From positions 1 through 64,000 of IMG/VR virus record IMGVR_UViG_3300041955_000884: a DNA stretch of 64,000 nucleotides; one strand, 5' to 3'. Made by a program: the position numbers and the translations under genes. Positions 8,383 through 17,970 of this stretch are shown here, piece by piece (position 1 is the first letter of the stretch; every line of letters begins with the position of its first letter). The DNA is from a virus. The notes beneath the pieces were generated by a model. It saw only the letters and a list, made by a program, of their open reading frames with translations. It did not search any database and was not told where the DNA came from.

Positions 8383-9231
8383 TCAGGCCAGCGCAGCCGG
8401 CGGCAGACCTTCGAGCAGGGGCACCTCGGCGCTGCGCTCGATGGCCCCGACGACATCGTTCAGGATGTCCACCATCATGCTCTCGACGCGCTGCAGCTTC
8501 ACGCCCAGCGTCAGCTTGCCGTCCTGTAGGCGATAGCGGAACCGGACCGGCACTTTGTAGATGGGCACGCCGAGGAACGGCGCGATGCCCAGCTCGAAGG
8601 TTTCCGGGATGGCGAACTGCCCGGCGCTGACCTTGGCCTCGATGCTCTCCATGTTCTGGAACTGAATCTGGCCGGATGGCAGCCGTATGCCGGAGCGGAA
8701 GTTCACGGTCCTTGTGGCATCAAGGTAGGTGGCAATCTCCAGCATCTCGGCGCCGCTCGGCGTGGTGATGTCCTCGGCGTTTTCCTCGATGAACTCGGCG
8801 AAATCCGCCTGGGCCAGCATTTTGCCGTTGATGGCTTTCCACTTCGCCCACTGTGGCGTCTCGCGGAACTCGATTTGCACACGGAAGTCGCCCCAGCCAG
8901 GGCCCTCGATGCCGTGGCCGTTCAGGACGGCGACGATGGACGGACTTCCTGGGTCACGGTCAACATAGATCGTCGCGTCGCCGACATCGCCGTTCGCGTC
9001 CAATACCTGGCTGAAACTGGCCGCGTCGAAGACGGTGACGCTCCCGCGCTTGCGGGCCGGCGTCTCGGCCGCCTTCTCCGTCTCCACGGCTTCGATTCTG
9101 CTTGCATACGCGGCGATGCCCGGCACGAGCCACCACTGTTTGCTGCCGACGGTGGCAATGAGTTGGGCCTTCGCGCCCTGTCGGGCCGCAGTGATAACGG
9201 CCTGAGTGTCACTGGTTGGGGTGTCCGCCAT
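8383..9231 (-). CDS. DUF2303 (YfdQ-like) phage protein
   Basis: AVLNGH...PGWGDFR, QADFAEFIEEN, IPETFELGIAPF...RFRYR. Confidence 0.85.
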   Translation of the reverse strand: MADTPTSDTQAVITAARQGAKAQLIATVGSKQWWLVPGIAAYASRIEAVETEKAAETPARKRGSVTVFDAASFSQVLDANGDVGDATIYVDRDPGSPSIVAVLNGHGIEGPGWGDFRVQIEFRETPQWAKWKAINGKMLAQADFAEFIEENAEDITTPSGAEMLEIATYLDATRTVNFRSGIRLPSGQIQFQNMESIEAKVSAGQFAIPETFELGIAPFLGVPIYKVPVRFRYRLQDGKLTLGVKLQRVESMMVDILNDVVGAIERSAEVPLLEGLPPAALA

Positions 9232-9294
9232 TGTCTGCTCCTTGCGCCGCCACGGAGGCGGCCGGTTTGGTTGCTATTGTGAGGCGCCGCGAGG

Positions 9295-9627
9295 TCAGGC
9301 CAGCGCCTTGTGGACGCCAGCCGGGATCTCCCGCAGTTCGAGTGTCATCTGCTTCGGGTCCTCGCGGATGAGGTTGTTCTCGGGCGTCGGGAACCACAGG
9401 CTCGCCGAGCGCGTCTGCGGCGGCCCCTTGACCACGATGCGGTCCGTAACCTCCAGCGCATCGCTCTTTCCGGCCGGGGCGACCTTGATGGTAAAGACGA
9501 GCGTGCCGGCCTTGCCCTCGCTGGTGACAGCCGCCACCAACTCTTGCAAGGCATCGCTCAGTTCATCGTGGGTATGGCCCCCGCGTTGCTCGCGCAGCCA
9601 GTCCATGAAGGGTCTCGAGTTAGCCAT
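9295..9627 (-). CDS. YfdP-like partner of DUF2303
   Basis: ELVAAVTSEGKAGTLVFTIKV...FPTPENNLIREDPKQ; AAGGAG RBS; usual position upstream of DUF2303. Confidence 0.75.
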   Translation of the reverse strand: MANSRPFMDWLREQRGGHTHDELSDALQELVAAVTSEGKAGTLVFTIKVAPAGKSDALEVTDRIVVKGPPQTRSASLWFPTPENNLIREDPKQMTLELREIPAGVHKALA

Positions 9628-9673
9628 GTACGTCTCCTTGTCAGGCGCGGCCTGGATTGGCCAGCGCGTAGCG

Positions 9674-9940
9674 TCAATCCGGTGCGCAGTCGTTGTCCGT
9701 GTCGAGCGCAACCGGAGCGGTGCGGTCATCCACGAATGGCAGCGGAGGCCCAGCAGCCCGCCCTTTCCGGCGTTGCTCGCCTAGCGCCTCCAACGCGATA
9801 TCAATGCCTTGCAGCTTGGCGTCCAGGGCAGCTTCCTCGCGATCAAGTTCAGCCTTGCGCATCTGCACGGCAGCCACGGCGTCGAGGAGCTTGGCGCGCT
9901 CGGCCAGAATGTGGCCGCGGCGCGTGATGCGTTTCGCCAT
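9674..9940 (-). CDS. coiled-coil hypothetical protein
   Basis: ATG 9940 coupled to the Cro-like stop. Confidence 0.6.
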   Translation of the reverse strand: MAKRITRRGHILAERAKLLDAVAAVQMRKAELDREEAALDAKLQGIDIALEALGEQRRKGRAAGPPLPFVDDRTAPVALDTDNDCAPD

Positions 9941-10143
9941 CAGGCCGCGTCCTTCCGCCGCTGGTACGTCACCACGCGGTCCAGCCCGAGGGTGTCGTAT
10001 ATCTTCCACCCTGGTTCGACGCGGCCAGCGAGCACCTCGCACACATAGGTCAGGGAAACCCGGTGGGCGCGGCACCAGGCCCGCATCGAGCCAGCGGCCT
10101 CGCACTCCCTGCGCAGCAGGGCACGAACACGGTCAACTTTCAT
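9940..10143 (-). CDS. Cro-like HTH regulator
   Basis: 67 aa, GSMRAWCRAHRVSLTYVCEVLAGRVEPG HTH; first gene of the leftward operon. Confidence 0.75.
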   Translation of the reverse strand: MKVDRVRALLRRECEAAGSMRAWCRAHRVSLTYVCEVLAGRVEPGWKIYDTLGLDRVVTYQRRKDAA

Positions 10144-10149
10144 GCGCGA

Positions 10150-10190
10150 ACGATAGCCTATTGACGAACAGCGCACAAGAGGGATATACG
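10150..10190. promoter_or_regulatory. overlapping divergent sigma70-type promoters
   Basis: Minus: TTGTGC(10178-73)-17-TATCGT(10155-50), 6 nt before the Cro-like ATG. Plus: TTGACG(10161-66)-18-TATACG(10185-90). Confidence 0.65.
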
Positions 10191-10259
10191 AAGATTGTTC
10201 GCGCCAAAGCGCGCACCGAGCCGGACGGCTTCCGGCGACAACAAGGAGCATAGGTCCCG

Positions 10260-10736
10260 ATGGCATCCGCCACGTCCTTGGTCGCGCGCTTCGGCATCCT
10301 CGCGGTTGCCCTCGCGGTCTGCGTCCTCAAGGTGTTCTACTTCTTCACGCTCGATCTCACGGAGACGGGCGCGGCTGCGGTCTACGACTCGCTGATGCAG
10401 ATCGGCTACACCGTCCTGGCGTCCTGGACGGTGCTCTACTGCGGCGTCAGCACCAGCACGGGCTGGGAAGCCTTCGCCGCGAAGAACACGTTCCTCCGGC
10501 TCACGATGGGCGCCTATGTCGTCGCCATGGCAATCGGCGCCGCCTACGGCCTGTTTCAGGACGGCCTCGCGCAAGGGCATGTCACCGGCACGGCCGCCTA
10601 CTACGGCATCATCCAAATCGTCGGCGAGGTCGCCGTGCTCCTGTATATGGGCAAGGATCTCTGGACCCTCGTCACCGGGACGGCCGAAAAGGTGTCCACG
10701 CAGGCGTCGAGCGCGCTCGACCGCGCGCTGCGCTGA
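10260..10736 (+). CDS. multi-pass membrane protein
   Basis: AAGGAG RBS; about four hydrophobic helices. Confidence 0.75.
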   Translation: MASATSLVARFGILAVALAVCVLKVFYFFTLDLTETGAAAVYDSLMQIGYTVLASWTVLYCGVSTSTGWEAFAAKNTFLRLTMGAYVVAMAIGAAYGLFQDGLAQGHVTGTAAYYGIIQIVGEVAVLLYMGKDLWTLVTGTAEKVSTQASSALDRALR

Positions 10737-10795
10737 CACGTTTGGCCGCGGCTTGAACGCCTGGACCTAACCAACTGAACCGAAGGGAAGCACCG

Positions 10796-11002
10796 ATGGG
10801 CGATCAAGTGACGAGCTTGGACGCTGTCCTGCCAGCATCGGACGACATCGACGATCTGCGCTCGGCTGTGGAGAGCGCGTTGAGTGAATCCGGGAGCGCC
10901 GATGAGATCGACGCGTTCCTGCGCGACCTGCACGACGCGGGCTACATGATCGTCGTGAAGCCTGACGAAGAAACGCGCACCACGACGCGCCGCAAGCGCT
11001 GA
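10796..11002 (+). CDS. small acidic hypothetical protein
   Basis: 68 aa, AAGGGA RBS. Confidence 0.6.
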   Translation: MGDQVTSLDAVLPASDDIDDLRSAVESALSESGSADEIDAFLRDLHDAGYMIVVKPDEETRTTTRRKR

Positions 11003-11072
11003 TGCTGACCGTGTCGGGCCGAGCGGCGATTATCGGCCCGCTTCATTCGTTCGTACCTTTAGGAGTTCCTCG

Positions 11073-11270
11073 ATGGGCGTGAGACAGTGGGCCGAGGGCC
11101 AGTTCTTCCGCCTGATGCGGGTCAGCGGCTGGCTTGCGCTGGCGGCCATCGTTCTAACGAGCACGCTCGCTGTCCCATTTGGCGAGAGCCTCCGCATGAC
11201 GTTCGTCAACGACCTGCTCATCGCGGCCATCGTGGTCGTGGCGAGGCTGGAAGGGCGGTGGTGGAGATGA
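11073..11270 (+). CDS. small two-TM membrane protein
   Basis: AGGAG RBS; two hydrophobic segments. Confidence 0.6.
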   Translation: MGVRQWAEGQFFRLMRVSGWLALAAIVLTSTLAVPFGESLRMTFVNDLLIAAIVVVARLEGRWWR

Positions 11271-11872
11271 GCATCCTTTTCTTCGACACTGAGACAACAG
11301 GGCTGCCGGACTTCAGAGGGCGTTCGAACGACCCAAAGCAGCCACACATCGTCCAGTTAGCAATGCTCTTGCAAAACGACGGCGGCACAGAAGTTCTCGC
11401 TAGCAGCTTGCTCGTCAGGCCGAACGGCTGGATAATTCCCACGGAAGCGGCGGCTATTCACGGCATCACGCAAGAACGAGCGCTTGATGAAGGACAGGAT
11501 GAGAGCGTCGTCGTGCGCCACTTCATCCTGCACCAGGGACTCGCCGACCTTCGCGTGGCCCACAACGAGTCGTTCGACCGCCGTATCCTCCGCATAGCCA
11601 TGACGCGTGCTGGATTTGCCCGCGATTTCATCGAGGCCATCGAAGGACGCGCGAGTCTCGACACCTGTGCGTTGGCAAAAGCCATCGTCAACCTACCGCC
11701 CACCGAGAAGATGCTGGCGGCCGGGTTCGCAGGGCCGAAGTCGCCAAAGCTGGAGGAGTGCGTCAAGTACTTCTTCGGCGACGAGATGGCGGGTGCGCAC
11801 GATGCCCTCGTAGACGTCCGAGCGTGCGCAAGGGTCTATCACGCCATCATGGCGCGGGGAGCGGCAGCATGA
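11267..11872 (+). CDS. DEDDh 3'-5' exonuclease (DnaQ-like)
   Basis: FFDTETTG, VAHNESFD, AHDALVDV. Confidence 0.92.
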   Translation: MSILFFDTETTGLPDFRGRSNDPKQPHIVQLAMLLQNDGGTEVLASSLLVRPNGWIIPTEAAAIHGITQERALDEGQDESVVVRHFILHQGLADLRVAHNESFDRRILRIAMTRAGFARDFIEAIEGRASLDTCALAKAIVNLPPTEKMLAAGFAGPKSPKLEECVKYFFGDEMAGAHDALVDVRACARVYHAIMARGAAA

Positions 11873-11981
11873 CGGAGGCCATCAAACAGCGGACGCCGGA
11901 GTGGCACGCCGATCCGCTCATCGTCATTGACGGGCTTGAGCCGTCCGACGACAGTCTCGACACGCCAGAGGAAGCACCGCT

Positions 11982-12518
11982 GTGAGCGCTGCCAAGGCGC
12001 CAAGCGCCTGGACCGTCGGCCAGGTCCTCGCCATCGCCAAGGCCACGGCCGAGCGGCTTGCTAGCGCCGGCGAGGCCGTCGAAACCGATGAGTCCGCGTT
12101 GTTCGCCGCGCTGCGGGAGGACGGGGCAGATGTCGAAAGCATTATTCGGCGCCTAGCGCGGGCCGTCGTCGAGTCTGAAAGTCTCTCGGAAGCAGCGGCG
12201 CGGCGGAAGTCTGCCATCGCTGACCGCGAAAAGCGCTACAGCAAGCGCGCCGACGAGTACCGCGCGTCTCTGTTCGCCGTTATGCAGGCCCTCGAACGCG
12301 CCACTTTCGCCGACGCCGAGTTCACCATCACGCTGTCGCGCAACCTAGGGGGCACAGTCATCATCACCGACGAGAAAAAACTGCCCGACGGCTATGTGCG
12401 GACGAAACGCGAGCCGGACAAGAAGAAAATCGGCGACGACCTCAAGCAGGGCGTTGTCATCCCCGGCGCCGAACTCTCGCAGGGCGGCGAGCCGACACTC
12501 ACGATAAGGACGAGGTAA
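11982..12518 (+). CDS. Siphovirus Gp157-like protein
   Basis: Coiled coil followed by VIITDEKKLPDGY...PDKKKIGDDLKQGVVIPGAEL. Confidence 0.85.
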   Translation: MSAAKAPSAWTVGQVLAIAKATAERLASAGEAVETDESALFAALREDGADVESIIRRLARAVVESESLSEAAARRKSAIADREKRYSKRADEYRASLFAVMQALERATFADAEFTITLSRNLGGTVIITDEKKLPDGYVRTKREPDKKKIGDDLKQGVVIPGAELSQGGEPTLTIRTR

Positions 12519-12524
12519 TAAACG

Positions 12525-13634
12525 ATGAGCGTGACAGTCGCGAAGCCGCAAGCCGCTCCGCCGGCGTTCCTTGTCCCTCGCGACATGGAGCAGGCCATGC
12601 GGCTCGCCGAGCTGATGTCCAAGGCGCGCCTCGTTCCCGAGCACCTCCAAGGCAAACCGGGCGACTGCCTCCTGATTATTGAGCAGGCCGGGCGCTGGAG
12701 CATGTCTCCGTACGCCGTGGCCCAATGCTCAAGCCTCGTTCACGGGCGCTTGTGCTACGAAGGTAAGCTCGTGGCCGCCGCTGTGGAGAGCCTGGGCGCT
12801 ATCGACGGCCATTTCGACTACACCTTCACCGGGAGCGGGGATGCCCTCGAGGTCACGGTCAGTGCCGTCCGCAGCGGCGAGAAGGTGCCGAAGACAATCA
12901 CGCTGAAATGGAAGGACGCCTACACCGTCGACAAGGAGGGCCGCGTCCAGAAGCACTGGAGCAAGCAAGCCGAACAGCAGCTTTGCTACGCGGGAACGCG
13001 CATCTGGGCGCGGCGGTGGACGCCGGCCGTCATCCTTGGCGTCTACGTCCGCGAGGAGTTCGAAAGTGGCGGCCTTCCAGACGGGAAGGTGATTGACGCC
13101 GTCGCCGAACCTGCGGGAGGCGACCCCAGGGAGGCCGTGAACGCGACGGTGCCGCTGAAGGATACGCCAGCGCCCGAAACGACAGAGGAGAAGCCGCGCC
13201 AGACATTCACCGAGTGGAAGGCTGGCATCGCGGAACTCTTGGGCCAGGCGCAGAGCATCGCCGGCGTCGAGGCCATCGTCAAGCGCGAGGACGTGCAGAA
13301 GATACTCTTCGAGGGCAGGCCAAAACAGCAGGAAGCCCTGACGGAAATGCTGGAAGAAGCGAAGGACCGTGTGGCGCTGCGCGGAAAGCCACAGCAGAGC
13401 GACGAGGCGCCGGACACCATGCCGGACGCGGATAGCCAGCAAGCCGACAAGCTTGTCAAAGTGCTACAGGCGTTCGATTCGGCGAAGTTGCTGCGGGAAT
13501 ACGCAGGCAGCGACGCAATTCGCAAAGTGTTGAAGAAGTGGGACGACGGGCCGCCAGCGCACCAGGCGCTCAAGGCGAAGGTCGTAGAGGCCGGAGAGGC
13601 GCGGCTGGCAGAGCTGGAAAGGAATGCATCATGA
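12525..13634 (+). CDS. RecT-like single-strand annealing protein
   Basis: LAELMSKARLVPEHLQGKPGDCL...WSMSPYAVAQ...QQLCY...WARRWTPAVILGVY. Confidence 0.8.
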   Translation: MSVTVAKPQAAPPAFLVPRDMEQAMRLAELMSKARLVPEHLQGKPGDCLLIIEQAGRWSMSPYAVAQCSSLVHGRLCYEGKLVAAAVESLGAIDGHFDYTFTGSGDALEVTVSAVRSGEKVPKTITLKWKDAYTVDKEGRVQKHWSKQAEQQLCYAGTRIWARRWTPAVILGVYVREEFESGGLPDGKVIDAVAEPAGGDPREAVNATVPLKDTPAPETTEEKPRQTFTEWKAGIAELLGQAQSIAGVEAIVKREDVQKILFEGRPKQQEALTEMLEEAKDRVALRGKPQQSDEAPDTMPDADSQQADKLVKVLQAFDSAKLLREYAGSDAIRKVLKKWDDGPPAHQALKAKVVEAGEARLAELERNAS

Positions 13635-14242
13635 ACGAAACCGGACTGACGCCGGCGGCCATCACAGCCGCGATGAAGGGCGACTTGGCGAATTTCCTGG
13701 TCGCCGCGACACCGGGCGGCATTGAACGCCAAGAGGCCGCTGGCCAGCAGGCGCTGGTGAAGTCCACGAACATGCCGAAGGAGATGCGCCCGCATCCGGC
13801 GGCGTATGAGAAGGTCGGCTTCAAGTTCGGCGATGCAGTAGATGACGTCTTCATTGCCGCCGAGTTGCCACCAGGCTGGACGCGCAGGGCGACGGACCAT
13901 TCGATGTGGTCGGAGATCCTCGACGGACGGGGCCGTGTGCGGGTGTCGGTGTTCTACAAGGCGGCCTTCTACGACAGGAAGGCCCATGCTGACATGGATT
14001 GCCGTTTCACTGTCTGCTCCGATTTCGACAGCGACGGGAACCTAGCTGCGGAGCTCGTGAAGGATGCGGGCACGGAGGTCGCAAGGTTCGGCGTCGACGT
14101 CCCGCGCGACCAACATGGCGACAGCGCTGCATATCAAGCCGTTCGAGCGGCACAGAAAGAAGCCGATGCGCTCGCCGAAGCATGGCTCGCCGAGCGCTAT
14201 CCGAACCATGCCGACCCGACCGCCTATTGGGACGAGCCGTGA
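13631..14242 (+). CDS. conserved-looking phage hypothetical protein
   Basis: PGGIERQEAAGQ, LPPGW...TDHSMWS...FYKAAFYDR. Confidence 0.75.
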   Translation: MNETGLTPAAITAAMKGDLANFLVAATPGGIERQEAAGQQALVKSTNMPKEMRPHPAAYEKVGFKFGDAVDDVFIAAELPPGWTRRATDHSMWSEILDGRGRVRVSVFYKAAFYDRKAHADMDCRFTVCSDFDSDGNLAAELVKDAGTEVARFGVDVPRDQHGDSAAYQAVRAAQKEADALAEAWLAERYPNHADPTAYWDEP

Positions 14243-14499
14243 GCGGCAAAACGGAATATGACTTCGAAGCGGCTTGGCAGCGCGACGAGCGCGTTACAGC
14301 CGCCGCTCAGGCCGGGAACGACGCCCGTCGCGGAGAGCCGCGTCCCGGCGCCGATGGCCTCGCGGAGTGCAATGCCGCCGTGATGCGGGCCTTCGCCGAA
14401 GAAGCGGAGCGACTTGGTGAGCCGGCCCTGGCTGCCTTCTGGCGCGGCCTGATTGCCGCTACGCGGGCGGCGTCCAAGTCGGAATCTGCTCCGGCGTAA
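14239..14499 (+). CDS. hypothetical protein
   Basis: GTGA-coupled; last gene of the + operon, convergent with the endolysin. Confidence 0.5.
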   Translation: MSGKTEYDFEAAWQRDERVTAAAQAGNDARRGEPRPGADGLAECNAAVMRAFAEEAERLGEPALAAFWRGLIAATRAASKSESAPA

Positions 14500-15016
14500 T
14501 CGTCCCCGAGAACACTGCGGCTTCGACTGCTCGGCGGATTTCCAAGCCGCGGAGGCGCTTGCCACCGGCATAGACCCAGCTCGCGAACTCGGCGGCGGCC
14601 TTGTCCATCAGGCCAGCACGGGCATAACGGAGCAGCGAGGAGCCGCGGAGGTTTCCCACCCCTTCATTCCAGCCGAAGCTGTAGCAGGAACCCCGCTGCC
14701 GGTCGAGGATAGGTGCGTCGCCGAGGATGGTGTCCGTCTCCCGCGCGAACTCGGCCAGCCTCGCTTCCAGCATAGCCTCGGCTTGGTCCAGTGTGATGGG
14801 CGGCGTGTGCGCCGTCACCAGGGCGCCCCCTGGCAGGAAATTGCAGCCATAGCCGATTTGCCAGCGCGTACCCGTGTCGGGCAGCGGCGTCAGGCAAAGA
14901 TCCTCGAAGCGCTTAATAAGCGCCACCGCGATAGCCGCCGCGGCAGGATGGGCAAACAGACTACCTGCAGCGGCAGGCGCCGTCGGCTCGAGCTGGAGTC
15001 CAGGGCTACCGCTCAT
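14459..15016 (-). CDS. endolysin, GH24 phage lysozyme
   Basis: LIKRFEDL...D...WQIGYG, FGWNEGVGNLRGSSLL, WVYAGGKRLRGLEIRRAVE. Confidence 0.92.
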   Translation of the reverse strand: MSGSPGLQLEPTAPAAAGSLFAHPAAAAIAVALIKRFEDLCLTPLPDTGTRWQIGYGCNFLPGGALVTAHTPPITLDQAEAMLEARLAEFARETDTILGDAPILDRQRGSCYSFGWNEGVGNLRGSSLLRYARAGLMDKAAAEFASWVYAGGKRLRGLEIRRAVEAAVFSGTITPEQIPTWTPPA

Positions 15017-15088
15017 CGCTCCCTCCGCGTTCGGAATCCGGCGCCGCTCCCAAGCCCGCCGAGCGGCGATAGCATCGTGAAGCAGCAG

Positions 15089-15631
15089 TTACAGAGCCGG
15101 GACGACCACCTGCGTCCCAGCCGGCGGCGCAGGGACGGCGGTCAGGCCGTTGCACACGCCGTTCACGTCCTGAACGATGAGGCCGACCACGGGAGCTGCA
15201 GCGGCCGCCGCAGGATCTACGGCGGCGACGCCAGCAGTGCCAATCGTGGCCACGGTGCCGATCACCGGCTGGTCCGTGGTGCAGAACTTCACCGCCGCGG
15301 CTTGGGTGCTGGCGAGCTGCGCGGCCGAGCAGGCGGCGAGCGACGCGCCACAGCCGAGCAAAAGGGCGAGCACGGCTGCCTTGACGCCAGGAGGAATGAG
15401 TGGCGCAGACGGAACGCCTGGCGGCTGAGTCGAGCCACTTCCCCAGTTTGCCGCCAGGATATCGAGCGCCTTGTAGATGATCGGCCAAAGCCCGGTAGCC
15501 CCTGCGGCGGGCGCAGGAACGAAGTTCCACAGGTGCGAGAAGGCGTAGCCAACCACGCCGATGATGACGGTGGCCGTCGCAGTCCAAGGGTGGCCCTGCA
15601 CCAAGCCGACAAGAATCGCAGAGATGTCCAT
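15089..15631 (-). CDS. lysis-associated membrane protein (holin/spanin candidate with internal lipobox)
   Basis: N-terminal TM segments, internal AAVLALLLGCGASLAAC, C-terminal hydrophobic stretch; directly upstream of the endolysin. Confidence 0.6.
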   Translation of the reverse strand: MDISAILVGLVQGHPWTATATVIIGVVGYAFSHLWNFVPAPAAGATGLWPIIYKALDILAANWGSGSTQPPGVPSAPLIPPGVKAAVLALLLGCGASLAACSAAQLASTQAAAVKFCTTDQPVIGTVATIGTAGVAAVDPAAAAAAPVVGLIVQDVNGVCNGLTAVPAPPAGTQVVVPAL

Positions 15632-15657
15632 GAAGCCCTCCGTGTCAGCCTATTGTA

Positions 15658-15972
15658 TCAGCCTTGGCCCGAGTCGCCACCACGGCGTGGGGCGGCGCTG
15701 CCGAGACCATCAGGAGCCGACGGCAGGCAGACGTACTTTGCGTCGAGCCGCTTCATCACCTCGCAGAAGGCCGCCATCGTTTGCTGCTGGTCCTGGTGGC
15801 GCTCAGTCCTGGCTTGGGCGACGGCGCCCTCGACGGCATCAAGCCGTTGGGTGACCGTGGCCCACGCGATGCCGGCGGTGAATACGACCGCAGCCAGCGT
15901 GCCGAGCGTGCCTACGCTGCCCCAGGAGAAACCCTGGAAGACGCGGAGGCCGTCGGCGGTATTGCGGTCCAT
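15658..15972 (-). CDS. single-TM protein, holin/antiholin candidate
   Basis: TLGTLAAVVFTAGIAWA followed by coiled coil; in lysis cluster. Confidence 0.55.
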   Translation of the reverse strand: MDRNTADGLRVFQGFSWGSVGTLGTLAAVVFTAGIAWATVTQRLDAVEGAVAQARTERHQDQQQTMAAFCEVMKRLDAKYVCLPSAPDGLGSAAPRRGGDSGQG

Positions 15973-16400
15973 CAGGCTGGCTTGGCCGCGATCAGCGCCT
16001 TGAGGGCCACGATGTCGGCCTCTGTCAGCGTCGCGCTGCCGAGCGTCAGCTTCGGCGGCTCCGGCGCGGGCTTTGGCTTCGCGGCCTGCTCGGCGCGGTA
16101 TCTCGCCACGGCAGCCTGCTTCGCCGCTGCGGTCGCGATGGCAGGCGTCACCCGATCGTCAGGCAAAACGTCGCCGGCCTTCGCGGTCGCATGCTCGATC
16201 AGCGTGGCCTTCGGATGCCTTGGCCCCATACCGGCAGCGATCTGCGTTTGGCCAAGCGAAACCGTAGCAAGCACGAGGCCCTTGGCCACTGGCACAGGGA
16301 AACCGCCGCCGGCCAAACGACCAGTAAAGGCTTCGGACACTACCAGCACATGCGCTGTTTCCTGGTCTGGAGGACTATAGTTTCCTTGTGCATCGAACAT
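15972..16400 (-). CDS. hypothetical protein (tail-associated?)
   Basis: 142 aa in the late operon. Confidence 0.6.
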   Translation of the reverse strand: MFDAQGNYSPPDQETAHVLVVSEAFTGRLAGGGFPVPVAKGLVLATVSLGQTQIAAGMGPRHPKATLIEHATAKAGDVLPDDRVTPAIATAAAKQAAVARYRAEQAAKPKPAPEPPKLTLGSATLTEADIVALKALIAAKPA

Positions 16401-16406
16401 CTGTTG

Positions 16407-17285
16407 TCACCCCTGCGAGACGAAAAGTGTATATGGCGCGGTCGCAAGCTGCCATGGCGCACCGAGGACACCAGGATCGGAGGTAGGCCACTTGCCAATG
16501 ATAACGCCGTTAGTAGCGCCCGTGCCCGGAGTGAAGGTAATATTTCCTCCCAGATTTCCAGCGCCACCCTGAAAGGAAACGGAGCCGCCCTTGCTTCCGG
16601 TAACAGATGGTGCAGAGCCACCCGAAGCAGCAAAATCACCACCGTAGCCATATCCGGTTCCGTTGATATATGAGGTCGTTAGGGCAAACTGAGGGCCGAT
16701 GGCTACATTCACCCCATATGTTGCGCTACCACTTCTTATATTGACCGCACCACTGTTCCCGAAGCCAGTTATATCGGTAACGACAACGTCGCCTGTATAA
16801 ACGTAAAGATCGCCAGTTTTTGACCCACCAGAAGTCCCGGGATTTGTAACGGCGTCAGTTGAAGCATAAAAGGGGCCGCTGTAAGAGAGTGGGTCGCCAC
16901 TGCTTCCGCCCGTTTTCAACAAGATAGCAGCGCCGGCATTAGTTCCCGTCGCCGCCGCCTGCACGATCGTTCCAGTGTTGCCGATCGTGCCGTCGGTGAG
17001 ATAGAGGCCGAGACCGGCGGTCACGCCGCCGCCGCCGCCCGAAATTGATACGCCGGCCTTGCCGCCGCCAAGATTCGAGACGGCGGCGCCGGAGGTGAAG
17101 TCAATCGTCGAGGTATTGGTGACCGTAGTCGTGCCGTCCATCACGGCGAGCGAGGTCGGAACCGGCGGCACCGTCGTGCGGAAGTTCACGCCAAGGTTAG
17201 TCGGGTCGATCACGGGCACCTGAAGAGTGCCGCTGTTCGTGATCGACGGCATCTGCGAGATTTTAAGGTTCCCGGCCATACTCAA
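16407..17285 (-). CDS. Gly/Thr-rich tail fibre-like protein
   Basis: LKISQMP N-terminus, beta-rich Gly repeats, WPTSDPGVLGAPW C-terminus. Confidence 0.65.
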   Translation of the reverse strand: MSMAGNLKISQMPSITNSGTLQVPVIDPTNLGVNFRTTVPPVPTSLAVMDGTTTVTNTSTIDFTSGAAVSNLGGGKAGVSISGGGGGVTAGLGLYLTDGTIGNTGTIVQAAATGTNAGAAILLKTGGSSGDPLSYSGPFYASTDAVTNPGTSGGSKTGDLYVYTGDVVVTDITGFGNSGAVNIRSGSATYGVNVAIGPQFALTTSYINGTGYGYGGDFAASGGSAPSVTGSKGGSVSFQGGAGNLGGNITFTPGTGATNGVIIGKWPTSDPGVLGAPWQLATAPYTLFVSQG

Positions 17286-17485
17286 GCTTCCAATGCGATT
17301 TTGCCGTAGCCGGATTCGAGCAGGACGGCGCCAGTGCCGCTCTCAAGCTCGACCACACCGTGGCTCGTGACCGTCACGCAGATGTCCGTCAGGCGCCCAG
17401 CCAGCGTGCCCTGGTAGTCTCCGTTCAGGAAGCCGAGGACGCCGATGTCCGCCACCGGGATGATTTCCGCAGTCATGTCAGCCAC
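17282..17485 (-). CDS. small tail-region protein with LExG repeats
   Basis: VELESGTGAVLLESGYGKIALE. Confidence 0.55.
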   Translation of the reverse strand: MADMTAEIIPVADIGVLGFLNGDYQGTLAGRLTDICVTVTSHGVVELESGTGAVLLESGYGKIALEA

Positions 17486-17524
17486 ATATCAGCCGGGCCG
17501 ATTCGCGCCACAGTGAAATCTCCG

Positions 17525-17815
17525 TTAATACAGGCTGTAGACGCTGGATGGCGTGGCCGAGCCAGCGGACCAGGAGATGACGCCGAACGGGTAGATGTTG
17601 TCGCCCAGCGCCGGGTTGACGACGATCTGGCTGCCGTCAGTCAGCGTGAGGTTCACGGTGCCGGTTGACGCCGTCAGGCTTATCATCACCGCCTGCGTGG
17701 CGGTCACGGTGGTGCTGGCGGTGATAGCCGTGGCCCCCCGGGCGTGGCCGAGCGGCGACCATTGGCACTCCTTGCTCGGGTCGAAAAAGGTGGGAAAAGT
17801 GGGGGTTGCGGGCAT
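17525..17815 (-). CDS. small beta-rich virion protein
   Basis: AAGGAG RBS, 96 aa. Confidence 0.65.
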   Translation of the reverse strand: MPATPTFPTFFDPSKECQWSPLGHARGATAITASTTVTATQAVMISLTASTGTVNLTLTDGSQIVVNPALGDNIYPFGVISWSAGSATPSSVYSLY

Positions 17816-17970
17816 CGGGTTACTCCTTCAGCGCCGTTGCAGGACGTTCGGCGGCAGGCCGCCGAGGAAGTTCGTGTCCGTGAGGTTTGCGTACGCAGCC
17901 GTCGCGTAGGGACTGCCGGGAGGGCCGCCAGAAACGAACGCAACCCCGCTGATGCCGTCGAAAGGCTCCA

